From Bacilli bacterium (lineage in GTDB: Bacteria; Bacillota_I; Bacilli_A; RF39; UBA660), in contig JAFUTV010000006.1 in NCBI GenBank assembly GCA_017484125.1, forward strand, positions 1,658-65,657: a stretch of DNA of 64,000 nt, written 5' to 3'. Under the pieces are notes generated by a model. The model searched no databases. It was not told the origin of the DNA and saw only the letters and a list, made by a program, of their open reading frames with translations. How positions within the stretch are numbered: position 1 is the first letter of the stretch; the number at the start of each line of letters is the position of its first letter. Shown piece by piece: positions 1 through 9,225 of the stretch. Made by a program: the position numbers and the translations under genes.

Positions 1-3000
1 CCTTCAACCTCTAAGTTAGAAAGGTATGTATTTCTTGATTTACCTTTAACAACATTTAAATGATATGTCTTAGTTAAAGCGTTTAGTCCATCATATACTT
101 CAATATCAACCATTGTATTTCCAACAGGTAGTTGATAATTATCAACTTCTTCACCATCTACTTTAACCTTAACAGTTTGTTGATCATTTAAAGTAGTATA
201 AGCAACATCTAATGGATTATATTCATATGGAACTTTAATTTCATATGTTGATCTACTTCCAGTAAATGCTGGAGAAAGTACAAACTCTGTTGGTAAGAAT
301 TCTAATTCTTCATCATAGTTTAATCCAAGATCTGCAAGTTCTTTATCAGTCTTAATAGATCTATGAATATTAACTGTATAATAACTTGTATCACCATTTT
401 CAGCTTGTAATACTATTTTGTTTTCTGTATCATCTTCAGTTAATGTTATTTCACCAGTTCCAGAAAGTATTGCTATATCATCATCAGATGTAGTAGCACT
501 AATTGTTACTTTAGTTTCATTTTCATATAGATATAAATCATATGTTTTTGTTACTGGAGTAAATACTGGAGTTAATCTTCCTTTATTTGCACTTAAACTA
601 TCAAGTTGTGTAAAGTTAGATTTTTCTCTTGTAACAACTATTGTATAAACCTTAGTTACAGTTTCATCATAAGATTTAACTGTTACTTTATAATCAGTTG
701 TTTGTTTTGTAGAAAGACTAACCGTTTCTTGTTTAGTTATTTTTGCATTTGGATCACTTGACGTTGCAATAACATCATTTGGTGTTAGAGTTGCCTTTTC
801 ATTTGGTACTGTTACATGATATGTATAAGTATTTTCATCAAAATCATATTCATCAGTGAAATCATAACCTTCAACATATAAGTTGCTTAATAATGCGTTA
901 TCAGTTCTATCCCTAGTAACATTAATTGTATATGTATCAGTTGAATTTCCATCTTCAGATGTTATTGTTATTTCTCTTTGAGAAGTTCCAACAGCAACAT
1001 ATTCTAAACTATTACCAGTTACTGTTGCAAATTTATTAGTTGTATCTACAGTAAATGATAATTGAGTTATGTTAGAAGCTATTCTTAAATTATAAGTCTT
1101 AGTTGCTGCAGCAAATTCTGGATCTAATGTTCCATTTGATGGTGTTATTAAAGTTACGCTTGCATCACTTGATATTTCACGATTAACAATAATCTTATAT
1201 GTCTTAGTAACAGTTCCATCATAAGATTTAACTGTTACTAAATATTCAACTTGTGATTTACCAATTAAACTTGTATCACCTTGTTTAGTTATTTTAGCAT
1301 TTGGATCACTTGATGTTGCAATTATTTCACTTGGTGATATTACTTCTTTAGAATTTGGAACATGAATATTATATACAGGTGTTTGTTCAATGTCATATTC
1401 ACCTTCGTCAAATTCATATCCAATTACTTCAAGATTAGATAAGTCAGCATTATCAGTTCTATCTCTAATAACATTAATTGTATATTGTGCTGTATTTTCA
1501 TTATCTTCAGCAGTTATTGTTATTACTCTTTGAGAAGTTCCAACAGCTAGGTTTAATTCCTCATTACCAGTAACTGTAGCAAATTCATCAGTCTTATTAA
1601 CATTAAATGATAATTTATCAACATTTGATCCAACTCTTAAAGTATATGTTGAATTATTTTCATCAAATACTGGATCTAATGTTCCACTTGATGGAATAAT
1701 GTTTGTAATTGTTGTGTTACTACTTGCTGGTCTATATACATTAACAGTATAAGTTCTTTCCTTTCCAGAAAGTGATTTAACAACAATTTCTAAACGATTA
1801 TTACCAAGAATTATTGTTCTATTGCCAAGGCCTGTAACAGTAGCTCCTTCACTTACTGTTCCAGCAAAGTTAATTACTTTTGTTCCTGGAGCAACATTAA
1901 TTATATAACTATCAGTTTTTGAATCAAATTCAGGAGAAATTGCTTGTGCAACATTGTTTACTTTAGCTGCAAAAGATAATAAGTAATTATCATTTGCTTC
2001 AGCTCTAGTAACAATAACTTTATAATTTCTTCTTATACCTAAATTAACAACACTAACAACAAATTCATTTTTACCTGTTTCAAGATCTTTTTCACCAAGT
2101 CCAGTTACTGTTGATGTTGCTTCTGCTACTTGACCATCAATTGTGATTTTTTCAACATCACTTGCAACAGAAACATTATATGTTAATGTAGTTTGATTAA
2201 ATTCAGGATCTAAACTTCCTTCACTTACTGTTAAGTTACTTAAGAAATTATTAACATAAGCTTGTCTTACAACATTAAGTGTGTAAGTTTCATGTTTTTC
2301 ATCATCTCTTGATGATGTATTAATTAATACAGTATTTGAACCAACATTAAAGTTTTCATTACCAACTATTGTATATGTGCCAAGTCTATCAAGCATTGTT
2401 GGATGAATATTAAGTTCAGTAGTTTCATTATTTACAATAATATTATAGTTAAATGTTGTAGATTCAAATGTAGGTAATATATCATAATCATCTACTTCAA
2501 TATTAGTTAATAATGCAGATATAGCTTCTTCTCTAGTTACATTTAATGTAATAGTCTTAGTTTTACCAGATTCAGATGTTATAACTACTCTAACTGTATT
2601 ATTAGGTCCTACTTGGAAATTAGAATTACCAGATACTGCATAACTTGCAGTTAAATCTTGTAAAACAATATTTAAATTTAGTGAAGTTTCTTCATAAGGA
2701 ACGGAAACATTATAAATTGAATATTGTTCACTATAAACTTTATCCATAGTACCATTTAAAACTTCAAGAACATTAACTGTATTATTATCACTCTTTTGTC
2801 TATAAATATTAATTGTATATGTTTTTGTTGTATTATCTTCAGATGTAACAACAACATTTATAATATTTTCACCTGTATTTAAGTTAACAACTCCAGTTCC
2901 ATCAACCGTTGCGTTCTTATCATCTGCTTCAGCAATAATATTAACTGAAGTAATATTATTTGGAATATCCGTTGTTAAACTATAATTTGTTCTATTTGAA

Positions 3001-5900
3001 TCAAACTCAGGAATTAATTTATATCCTTCAACTTCTAATTTAGATAAGTTAGCATTATCTGATTCTTGTCTTTCAACATTAAAGATATATTCTTTAGTTG
3101 AAGTACCATTTTCAGCAGTTACTTTTATCTTAACTGTATAATTTCCTACATCAGTCCAAGAGTTTCCTGTTACAACATATGTTGCATTTAAATCCATTGG
3201 AGTAATAGTAGTGAAATCTAAACTATTATCTTTAGTTGTTACATTGTATGTATAAGTATCTGTTCCAAAATTAATACTCTTATCTTTAATTACTACATTA
3301 GATAATCTAGCTTCATCATTTTTTAATCTATTAACTAGGATTTGATAATCTCTAATTTTATCATCTTGTCCTGTTACTCTTATAGTAAATAAATTATTTC
3401 CTGTATGTAAATCATGAGTGCCATTTCCTTCAACTGTTGCATTTTCATCTTCAGAAGTACCATTAAATGTCATTTGAGTAGTAGTATATGGTACTTCAAC
3501 TTCATAGAATTGATTTGTCTTATCAAATGTTGGTTCAAGACTTCCATCACTTATTGTTAGTGAAGAAAGATATGTACTAAATTCACTAAATTCTTGTCTT
3601 ATTACTCTAATATTATAAGTTTTTTCACTTTCGTCTTGAGCCGTTACTTTTACAGAAACAATATTTTCACCTACAACAAGATTTGTATTTCCACTTACTT
3701 CAACAGTTGCATCATTATTTTCTGTTTCATATACAGCATGTACTTCCTCTACATCATAAGGTACTCTTACAACATATTCAATAATATTTTTATCAAAATT
3801 AGGACTTAATTTACCTTCTTTAATGAATAAATCACTTAAATTAGCATTTGCAGATTTATCTCTAGTAACTGTAATGTTATAAGTTAGTGTCGTTGTATTA
3901 TCTTCAGCTAATGTTGTTAATACTATGTTATTTTCTCCAGCTACTAAAGTATAATTTCTATTTCCAGTTACTGTTGTTGTTGAAGCTTCTGGTGTTCCAT
4001 TTATATCAATTGAGGTAACATCAGAACCCACATTAATTGAATAATTAAATTCATTTTTATCAAATGATGGTGAAAGTGTTCCAACTGAATTTACTATACT
4101 AGATAAGTATCCATTAGAATTTGGTAATCTAGTAATATCAATTTGATATGTTTTTTCAGCACCACTCTCACTCTTAACTTTAACAAGTATTTCATTTAGG
4201 CCAACACGAAGTGAATATCTCGCATTACCCGTTACTTTTGCTAAATTTGATGCAGGTGTTGCAACAACATTTACCCAGTTTACTTCATTTTCAACTGTTA
4301 GTGTAAAGTGATCGTCATTTGCTTCTGAATCAAATGCAGGTGTTAAAATAAATTCTTGATTATCATTAGAAACTCTTAATCCACTTAAACCATTATTTGT
4401 ATCAGATGGTCTAGTTATTGTTATATTATATGTCTTAGTAGTATTATCTTCAGCTCTAACTAAGATTCTCTTTAAATTTGTGCCAACATTAATTTTATTA
4501 TTATCAAGTAATTGATATGTAGCAAATTCGCTTTCTAATTCTATATTAAACTCTACTTCACTAGTTCCAATTGGTGCTGTTAGTTCATAATTAAGCTCAT
4601 CAGCATCAAATTCTGGAGTATAAGCAGTATTTACATCATCAAGTAATACTTTTAATGATGAAATATTAGCATTATTATCTTTTTCTCTGAAAATATTAAT
4701 TTTATATGTTTCAACATAACCATCAGATTCAGCTACTGTTACAATATCAAAGTAATTATTACCTTTATTTAAAGTTTTAATACCAGCGCCAGAAACGTTA
4801 GTTGTTACGCTTTCAGGATTAGCTATGATATTAACTTCAGATACATCTTTATCAACAGTTACTTTATATGTTCCAAAATTTATTTTATTAAATTCTGGTA
4901 TCAAATCATAATTAATAGTTCCATCCGTAGATTTAACAGCAAGTGATTCTAAATATATATTTGTATTTGGTTCTCTATAAACATTTAATGTATAAGTTTG
5001 AGTTTCACCATTTTGGGCAACAATCATAATTGGAATTGTATTTTGTCCAACATGTAGATTTCCATCACCTAAAAGGTATGCAGTTGCATTAGTATCATCA
5101 GTTTCATAATATAATTGCATTATATTTTCAGCTAATTCAGTATTTTTTTCTTCAGTATTATTTATAACATAACTATCATAATCATTACCTACAGTAAAGT
5201 AATATTCTGTTACTTCTGGATCAAATACAATAGATATATTATCAGGACTTATTACTTTTAATTTAGATAAGTCATTGTCACCTGTCATATCTCTTGTTAC
5301 ACGATAATTATAAACACTACTATTTGTTTTATCTTCACTATTTACTGTTATTGTAAATAAATTAGCATTTGGTCTAACAGATACTGCTCCTTCACCGCTA
5401 ACATCTTGGAAGTAATGCCCTTTTTCTACATTAAAGTAAATTTCTCTAATTTTATAAGGTATAGTTAATTCATAAGTAGTATTATCTGAGCTAAATGTTG
5501 AAGGCTCAACATTACAATATGATTCATCAATAGCACAATATGATGGAACAAGTCCAGATATTGTAATATTATTTGGTAATCCATTAGAATTTGCTTGTCT
5601 TGTGAAATTAATGTAATAAATTCTAACATCACCAGATTGTGCAGTAACAGAAACTGGAACAATTGTTCTTCCTTGTGGATCATTATTAACATCAGCTGGA
5701 ATATAATGTGTTCCAAGTCCATCTATTGTTGCAAGACTACTACTTGGTCTAGCTTGAATTTTTACTTCTTCTTCTGTATCAGTTAATGTAACATTATAAG
5801 TATAAGTTGTAACATCAAATACTTCTTCCCATGTTCCACCATCAACAGCTCCAACATCAGTTGAAAGTGATTCCAAGAAATTATTTTTATTTAAATCAAC
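1..5900 (-). repeat. Tandem coding repeats (about 240-290 bp each, about 21 copies) encoding cadherin-like beta-sandwich modules inside the giant ORF
   Basis: Each unit ends with a recurring motif: IYYINFTR, TYTLNVYR, TYNITITR, TYQIDITR, TYNITVTR, TYTINIYR, TYTVNVYR, QYTINVIR, TYTINVTR and so on. Copies counted by hand. Confidence 0.75.
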
Positions 5901-7508
5901 AAATGTAATTCTAGCATAACCATTACCAGCATTACCAGTCATTGTATCTTCTGTTCCATCATGTTTAGGCATCGTAGATGTTCCATCAATCATTTCTGCT
6001 TCTTCAAAAACTTTGCCTGAATAATGAACTTGACATTCACTATTATCATTTCCAGTAGCACATTGTACATCATCTATTTCTTTAGGAGAAATATTATCTT
6101 CAGAAGTAACAGCAACTACTCCAGGATATCCAGAAATAAATGATGAACCTCCTGCGCCATATCCAGTAGCATTAGCATCACTCTTAACACCAGCACCACC
6201 ACCGAAATATCCAGCTCCACCACCAGTTCCAGTAGTTCCAGCATTACCACCAACACCAAATGATCCATTTCCTGCAGAACCATTATTAGTACTTGCTCCG
6301 CCAATTCCACCTGTTGTTTGAGTTCCGCCTGTACCATGGTATGAACCGCTTGTAGCTAGTCCTCTTAAAGCACCACCAGCACTAGATGAAGATCCAGCAC
6401 CACCAGCACCTGCAACCATAATACGAGATGCTAAAGATGCACTATTATTCCACTCAGTTTTAGATGATCCTGTTTTTAAACGAATGTCAGTAGCACCACC
6501 ACCACCATTACCAGTAGTAGATGTTCCACCACCATTCCAACCGCCAGCAGTTGTTGTTGGTTGATTTCCTACATAAACATAAACTTTTTCATCAGCTTCA
6601 AGTCTTAATAAACCTTTAGTATAAGCACCATTACCACCATTTGATCCACCTTGAGCTCCCCAAAGTTCTACTAAATATTTACCATTTTTTGGTGCAGTAA
6701 ATGTTTGATATTCTCCTGTATAAGAATATCCATCAACAAAACTTTGATTTACTCTAAGATAAGAAATTGTGTAAACTTGGTCTTCAGCAATATGAGGTTC
6801 ATGAACAGTTATAGTAATTGTTCCAGATGGTTCAAGCATTAAATCAGCACCAGTAACAGTTACTTCTGCTTCTGGATCAAATACATCAGTAGTAATATTT
6901 AAATATAACTCACTTTCTAAGATATCTAAGCCATAAGTATCAGTAAGAGGATCATATCTTGGATCAAGTGAACTATCATATCCCTCAATTTTTAAAATAC
7001 TTAATTTATTTGAATGTTCATTTGGATGATCTAATGGAGTTCTAACTGCATTAATTGTATATATTCTAGTTTCCCCTGCAGCATTAGTAACAGGAATATT
7101 AACAACTGTTGTTTTACCATATTCAACATAATATTCTTGATTTAATCCAGCAACTGTAGAAGTTTCTTCAAAAATAGAACCAGTAAGAGTAAAGTATTGT
7201 TCATAAGTTCCTAGAGTAAGAGTATAGTTAGTTATTAAAGGATTAAAGACAGGATCTAAAACACCTTTAGTAGATTCTAAAGTTTCTAAACACTTGTCTT
7301 CAATAGTCATTAAATAAAGTCCATCTAAGGCATCGTTAACATTATCTACATCCCAGTTTTCATCAGCTGGTGTATATCCTACATCATAAGCATATGTATC
7401 ATAAGCTTTAACACTATTTGTAAACACACAAAAAGACATTAGTATAATTACTAACATAATTAAAATATTAAATTTATTTTTTAAATTTATTATTCTGTTT
7501 TTCATCAT
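1..7508 (-). CDS. Giant secreted surface protein, C-terminal part beyond the left window edge. Layout: signal peptide, LH-family handle, 2 cadherin-like repeats, glycine-rich domain, then about 21 more cadherin-like beta-sandwich repeats
   Basis: Manual minus-strand translation from ATG 7505/7508 (RBS GAGGAA) stays open to nt 1 (codon starts = 2 mod 3). It begins MMKNRIINLKNKFNILIMLVIILMSFCVFTNSVKA/YDTYAYDVGYTPADENWDVDNVNDALDGLY. The ~80-95 aa repeats look like L(S/T).L.V..G.L.P.FD....Y...V...TY.INV.R. The track lists no ORF in this phase, as expected for an ORF with no in-window stop. Confidence 0.85.
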   Translation of the reverse strand, partial: MMKNRIINLKNKFNILIMLVIILMSFCVFTNSVKAYDTYAYDVGYTPADENWDVDNVNDALDGLYLMTIEDKCLETLESTKGVLDPVFNPLITNYTLTLGTYEQYFTLTGSIFEETSTVAGLNQEYYVEYGKTTVVNIPVTNAAGETRIYTINAVRTPLDHPNEHSNKLSILKIEGYDSSLDPRYDPLTDTYGLDILESELYLNITTDVFDPEAEVTVTGADLMLEPSGTITITVHEPHIAEDQVYTISYLRVNQSFVDGYSYTGEYQTFTAPKNGKYLVELWGAQGGSNGGNGAYTKGLLRLEADEKVYVYVGNQPTTTAGGWNGGGTSTTGNGGGGATDIRLKTGSSKTEWNNSASLASRIMVAGAGGAGSSSSAGGALRGLATSGSYHGTGGTQTTGGIGGASTNNGSAGNGSFGVGGNAGTTGTGGGAGYFGGGAGVKSDANATGYGAGGSSFISGYPGVVAVTSEDNISPKEIDDVQCATGNDNSECQVHYSGKVFEEAEMIDGTSTMPKHDGTEDTMTGNAGNGYARITFVDLNKNNFLESLSTDVGAVDGGTWEEVFDVTTYTYNVTLTDTEEEVKIQARPSSSLATIDGLGTHYIPADVNNDPQGRTIVPVSVTAQSGDVRIYYINFTRQANSNGLPNNITISGLVPSYCAIDESYCNVEPSTFSSDNTTYELTIPYKIREIYFNVEKGHYFQDVSGEGAVSVRPNANLFTITVNSEDKTNSSVYNYRVTRDMTGDNDLSKLKVISPDNISIVFDPEVTEYYFTVGNDYDSYVINNTEEKNTELAENIMQLYYETDDTNATAYLLGDGNLHVGQNTIPIMIVAQNGETQTYTLNVYREPNTNIYLESLAVKSTDGTINYDLIPEFNKINFGTYKVTVDKDVSEVNIIANPESVTTNVSGAGIKTLNKGNNYFDIVTVAESDGYVETYKINIFREKDNNANISSLKVLLDDVNTAYTPEFDADELNYELTAPIGTSEVEFNIELESEFATYQLLDNNKINVGTNLKRILVRAEDNTTKTYNITITRPSDTNNGLSGLRVSNDNQEFILTPAFDSEANDDHFTLTVENEVNWVNVVATPASNLAKVTGNARYSLRVGLNEILVKVKSESGAEKTYQIDITRLPNSNGYLSSIVNSVGTLSPSFDKNEFNYSINVGSDVTSIDINGTPEASTTTVTGNRNYTLVAGENNIVLTTLAEDNTTTLTYNITVTRDKSANANLSDLFIKEGKLSPNFDKNIIEYVVRVPYDVEEVHAVYETENNDATVEVSGNTNLVVGENIVSVKVTAQDESEKTYNIRVIRQEFSEFSTYLSSLTISDGSLEPTFDKTNQFYEVEVPYTTTQMTFNGTSEDENATVEGNGTHDLHTGNNLFTIRVTGQDDKIRDYQILVNRLKNDEARLSNVVIKDKSINFGTDTYTYNVTTKDNSLDFTTITPMDLNATYVVTGNSWTDVGNYTVKIKVTAENGTSTKEYIFNVERQESDNANLSKLEVEGYKLIPEFDSNRTNYSLTTDIPNNITSVNIIAEADDKNATVDGTGVVNLNTGENIINVVVTSEDNTTKTYTINIYRQKSDNNTVNVLEVLNGTMDKVYSEQYSIYNVSVPYEETSLNLNIVLQDLTASYAVSGNSNFQVGPNNTVRVVITSESGKTKTITLNVTREEAISALLTNIEVDDYDILPTFESTTFNYNIIVNNETTELNIHPTMLDRLGTYTIVGNENFNVGSNTVLINTSSRDDEKHETYTLNVVRQAYVNNFLSNLTVSEGSLDPEFNQTTLTYNVSVASDVEKITIDGQVAEATSTVTGLGEKDLETGKNEFVVSVVNLGIRRNYKVIVTRAEANDNYLLSFAAKVNNVAQAISPEFDSKTDSYIINVAPGTKVINFAGTVSEGATVTGLGNRTIILGNNRLEIVVKSLSGKERTYTVNVYRPASSNTTITNIIPSSGTLDPVFDENNSTYTLRVGSNVDKLSFNVNKTDEFATVTGNEELNLAVGTSQRVITITAEDNENTAQYTINVIRDRTDNADLSNLEVIGYEFDEGEYDIEQTPVYNIHVPNSKEVISPSEIIATSSDPNAKITKQGDTSLIGKSQVEYLVTVKSYDGTVTKTYKIIVNREISSDASVTLITPSNGTLDPEFAAATKTYNLRIASNITQLSFTVDTTNKFATVTGNSLEYVAVGTSQREITITSEDGNSTDTYTINVTRDRTDNALLSNLYVEGYDFTDEYDFDENTYTYHVTVPNEKATLTPNDVIATSSDPNAKITKQETVSLSTKQTTDYKVTVKSYDETVTKVYTIVVTREKSNFTQLDSLSANKGRLTPVFTPVTKTYDLYLYENETKVTISATTSDDDIAILSGTGEITLTEDDTENKIVLQAENGDTSYYTVNIHRSIKTDKELADLGLNYDEELEFLPTEFVLSPAFTGSRSTYEIKVPYEYNPLDVAYTTLNDQQTVKVKVDGEEVDNYQLPVGNTMVDIEVYDGLNALTKTYHLNVVKGKSRNTYLSNLEVE
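627..1730 (-). repeat. Tandem duplication of a two-repeat superunit (about 555 bp, 185 codons, x2) within the giant ORF
   Basis: Unit 1182-1730 (..SSGTLDPVFDENNSTYTLRV..QYTINVIRDRTDNADLSNLEV..ATSSDPNAKITKQ..TYKIIVNR) parallels unit 627-1181 (..SNGTLDPEFAAATKTYNLRI..TYTINVTRDRTDNALLSNLYV..ATSSDPNAKITKQ..VYTIVVTR). Local near-identical DNA runs occur, e.g. gcatttggatcacttga at ~745 and ~1305. Confidence 0.7.
5905..6735 (-). other. Glycine-rich domain (ALK/LTK-type, PF12810-like pattern) within the giant ORF
   Basis: Translation: YQTFTAPKNGKYLVELWGAQGGSNGGNGAYTKG..VYVGNQ..GGWNGGGTS..GGGGATDIR..RIMVAGAGGAGS..GGTQTTGG..GGGAGYFGGGAG..GAGGSSFISG..GNAGNGYARITFV. The motif order matches the four Gly-rich array genes. 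Confidence 0.6.
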
Positions 7509-7534
7509 TTCCTCATACTCCTACTATTGAGATA

Positions 7535-7564
7535 ATTATAACATTAAATCAATGAATAAATCTA
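7535..7564 (-). promoter_or_regulatory. Candidate sigma-A type promoter of the giant gene (extended -10 TGtTATAAT, weak -35 TAGATT)
   Basis: The minus strand reads ..gTAGATTtattcattgatttaaTGtTATAATtatctc.., about 25 nt upstream of the RBS/ATG. It lies downstream of the terminator at 7695-7721. Confidence 0.35.
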
Positions 7565-7694
7565 CTCTTTTTGAAATTTTTTTTAATTTTTTTTTAGTAT
7601 TTTTTATAAGTTCCTTAATTATGAGGAAATTTAGTAGTTTTTTTTAAAAAAATATCGTTTTCTTTCCTTATTATATATAACTATATAAAAGGCA

Positions 7695-7721
7695 TAAAAA
7701 AACAAGTATAAAAATACTTGT
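7695..7721 (-). terminator. Rho-independent terminator ending the 28-gene array
   Basis: Minus strand: ACAAGTAT-tttt-ATACTTGT (8-bp stem, 7702-7709/7714-7721) followed by TTTTTTT. It sits 45 nt after the stop of 7766..8572. Confidence 0.65.
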
Positions 7722-7765
7722 AATTTAATAAATTTATGTCAAAAAAATAATATTATTTTATAAAC

Positions 7766-8572
7766 TTATACACCATAAAATTGAAGGCCACCTATTTCAA
7801 CATAACTTGAAGAATATATATTAACTATAAATACTCTCCAATATTGATATGATTCATCTAATTTAGTATTAAATAAATAAACCGTAGAATTAGTATTAGC
7901 AAGTGTATAATTATCTGATGCATCAACCCATGTGCTATTATCATTACTTGCTTGTAATCTTACTGTTTTAGCTTGATAAGACTGTGGACCACCATTTAAA
8001 AACTTAGTTATTCTAACATTAACATTTGTATTAAATTTATATCCAATATATTGATTAGTTGTTTTACCATTGACATTACACCATGATTCACTTGCTTCAA
8101 TAAAAGCTTTCCATCCAGCCCAATTAGAAGAATATTCAGTACTATATATAACATTTGTATTATTTGATAAAGTTGGAACAAGTGCAGTTTTTAGTGCATT
8201 TAAAAGTGTAACATTAACTTTGTTTCTAAAATAAGTACTATCCATCATTTTTTTAGCTGCCGCTTTATTACTTGATATTTTACTCATAAAATTAGTAGTT
8301 AAGACATCATTTATATCAACTTTATCACCAGTTATATCAAGTATTTTTTTTAACTCTTCATCAGTATAGCCATTATTAATTTTATATAAACTATCTAAGG
8401 CATCACTAACATTTTCTATTGATGAGCCATCTTCTTTTTTCCAAGAATTATCAGTTGGAGTAAATCCAACATCATTTGAAAAAATTGAAAACGCCAAAAC
8501 AGATGTTATAGTAGTTGTTAATATAACACCTAAAATAAAGGTAAAGACTGAATTATTAAATATTTTCTTCAT
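7766..8572 (-). CDS. LH-family member 28 (long handle). Head: linker plus F5/8 type C (discoidin)-like domain
   Basis: N-terminus MKKIFNNSVFTFILGVILTTTITSVLAFSIFSNDVGFTPTDNSWKKEDGSSIENVSDALDSLY. C-terminus ..WKAF..NQYIGYKFNTNVNVRITKF..ASNDNSTWVD..YWRVFI..EIGGLQFYGV. Confidence 0.85.
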   Translation of the reverse strand: MKKIFNNSVFTFILGVILTTTITSVLAFSIFSNDVGFTPTDNSWKKEDGSSIENVSDALDSLYKINNGYTDEELKKILDITGDKVDINDVLTTNFMSKISSNKAAAKKMMDSTYFRNKVNVTLLNALKTALVPTLSNNTNVIYSTEYSSNWAGWKAFIEASESWCNVNGKTTNQYIGYKFNTNVNVRITKFLNGGPQSYQAKTVRLQASNDNSTWVDASDNYTLANTNSTVYLFNTKLDESYQYWRVFIVNIYSSSYVEIGGLQFYGV

Positions 8573-8629
8573 AGTGTTTTTCCTACCCTATATAGTATTA
8601 TACAATTAAATACTACTTTTTTAAATAAA

Positions 8630-9202
8630 TTATTCAAATTTTATATATCTAAGAACATAACTATCAGGATCATATGAATTAGTACCTTTATTATTAGATA
8701 CTAATGTTCCGTCCTCAGCAAATGTACATCTATAAAATACAAAATCTAGTTTTTGATCAAAATATTGGCTAGAATTATATCTACTAGACCCAGAACTTGT
8801 AAATCCTTTTGAATCAATTATTGTACATGTTCCATTTGTTGGTGTTAAATATACTGTACTGTCTCTTGTATTTACATAATTACATGTAGTCATTGCACCT
8901 GAATAAGAATATATTAAAGCTACTAAATATTTACCTTTAGTGGTATTAATACTTACATTATAATTACTTGTTCCATGCGCTTGTCCATAGGTTCCTAAAA
9001 CATTAGTTGAAGATACTTTATATAAAGGATTATCAGATAAAATATGTAAATAATCAATGGCATCACTTACATTATCTACATCCCATGTATTATCACTTGG
9101 AATATACTCTGTATCAGAAGAAAGGAAAGAAAACGCAAAAACAGTACTTATACTTCCAAAAATAAGTGCACCTAAAATAAAGCTAACTATTTTTCTTTTC
9201 AT
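8630..9202 (-). CDS. LH-family member 27. Small beta-rich head (KGKY type), paralog of 9226..9819
   Basis: N-terminus MKRKIVSFILGALIFGSISTVFAFSFLSSDTEYIPSDNTWDVDNVSDAIDYLH. Head ..TKGKYLVALIYSYSG..LTPTNGTCTIID..YDPDSYVLRYIKFE. Confidence 0.85.
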   Translation of the reverse strand: MKRKIVSFILGALIFGSISTVFAFSFLSSDTEYIPSDNTWDVDNVSDAIDYLHILSDNPLYKVSSTNVLGTYGQAHGTSNYNVSINTTKGKYLVALIYSYSGAMTTCNYVNTRDSTVYLTPTNGTCTIIDSKGFTSSGSSRYNSSQYFDQKLDFVFYRCTFAEDGTLVSNNKGTNSYDPDSYVLRYIKFE

Positions 9203-9225
9203 AATTACTTTCCTTTCTATTAAGA

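Noticed and set aside
418-6337. Six short track ORFs (418..648+, 3594..3809+, 5465..5722-, 5595..5786+, 6116..6337-) listed inside the first 7.5 kb
   Set aside because: All lie antisense to, or out of frame with, the continuous >2,500-codon minus-strand ORF. Their low-complexity sequences lack an RBS and show no recognisable motifs. They are by-products of a repetitive, compositionally biased coding region.
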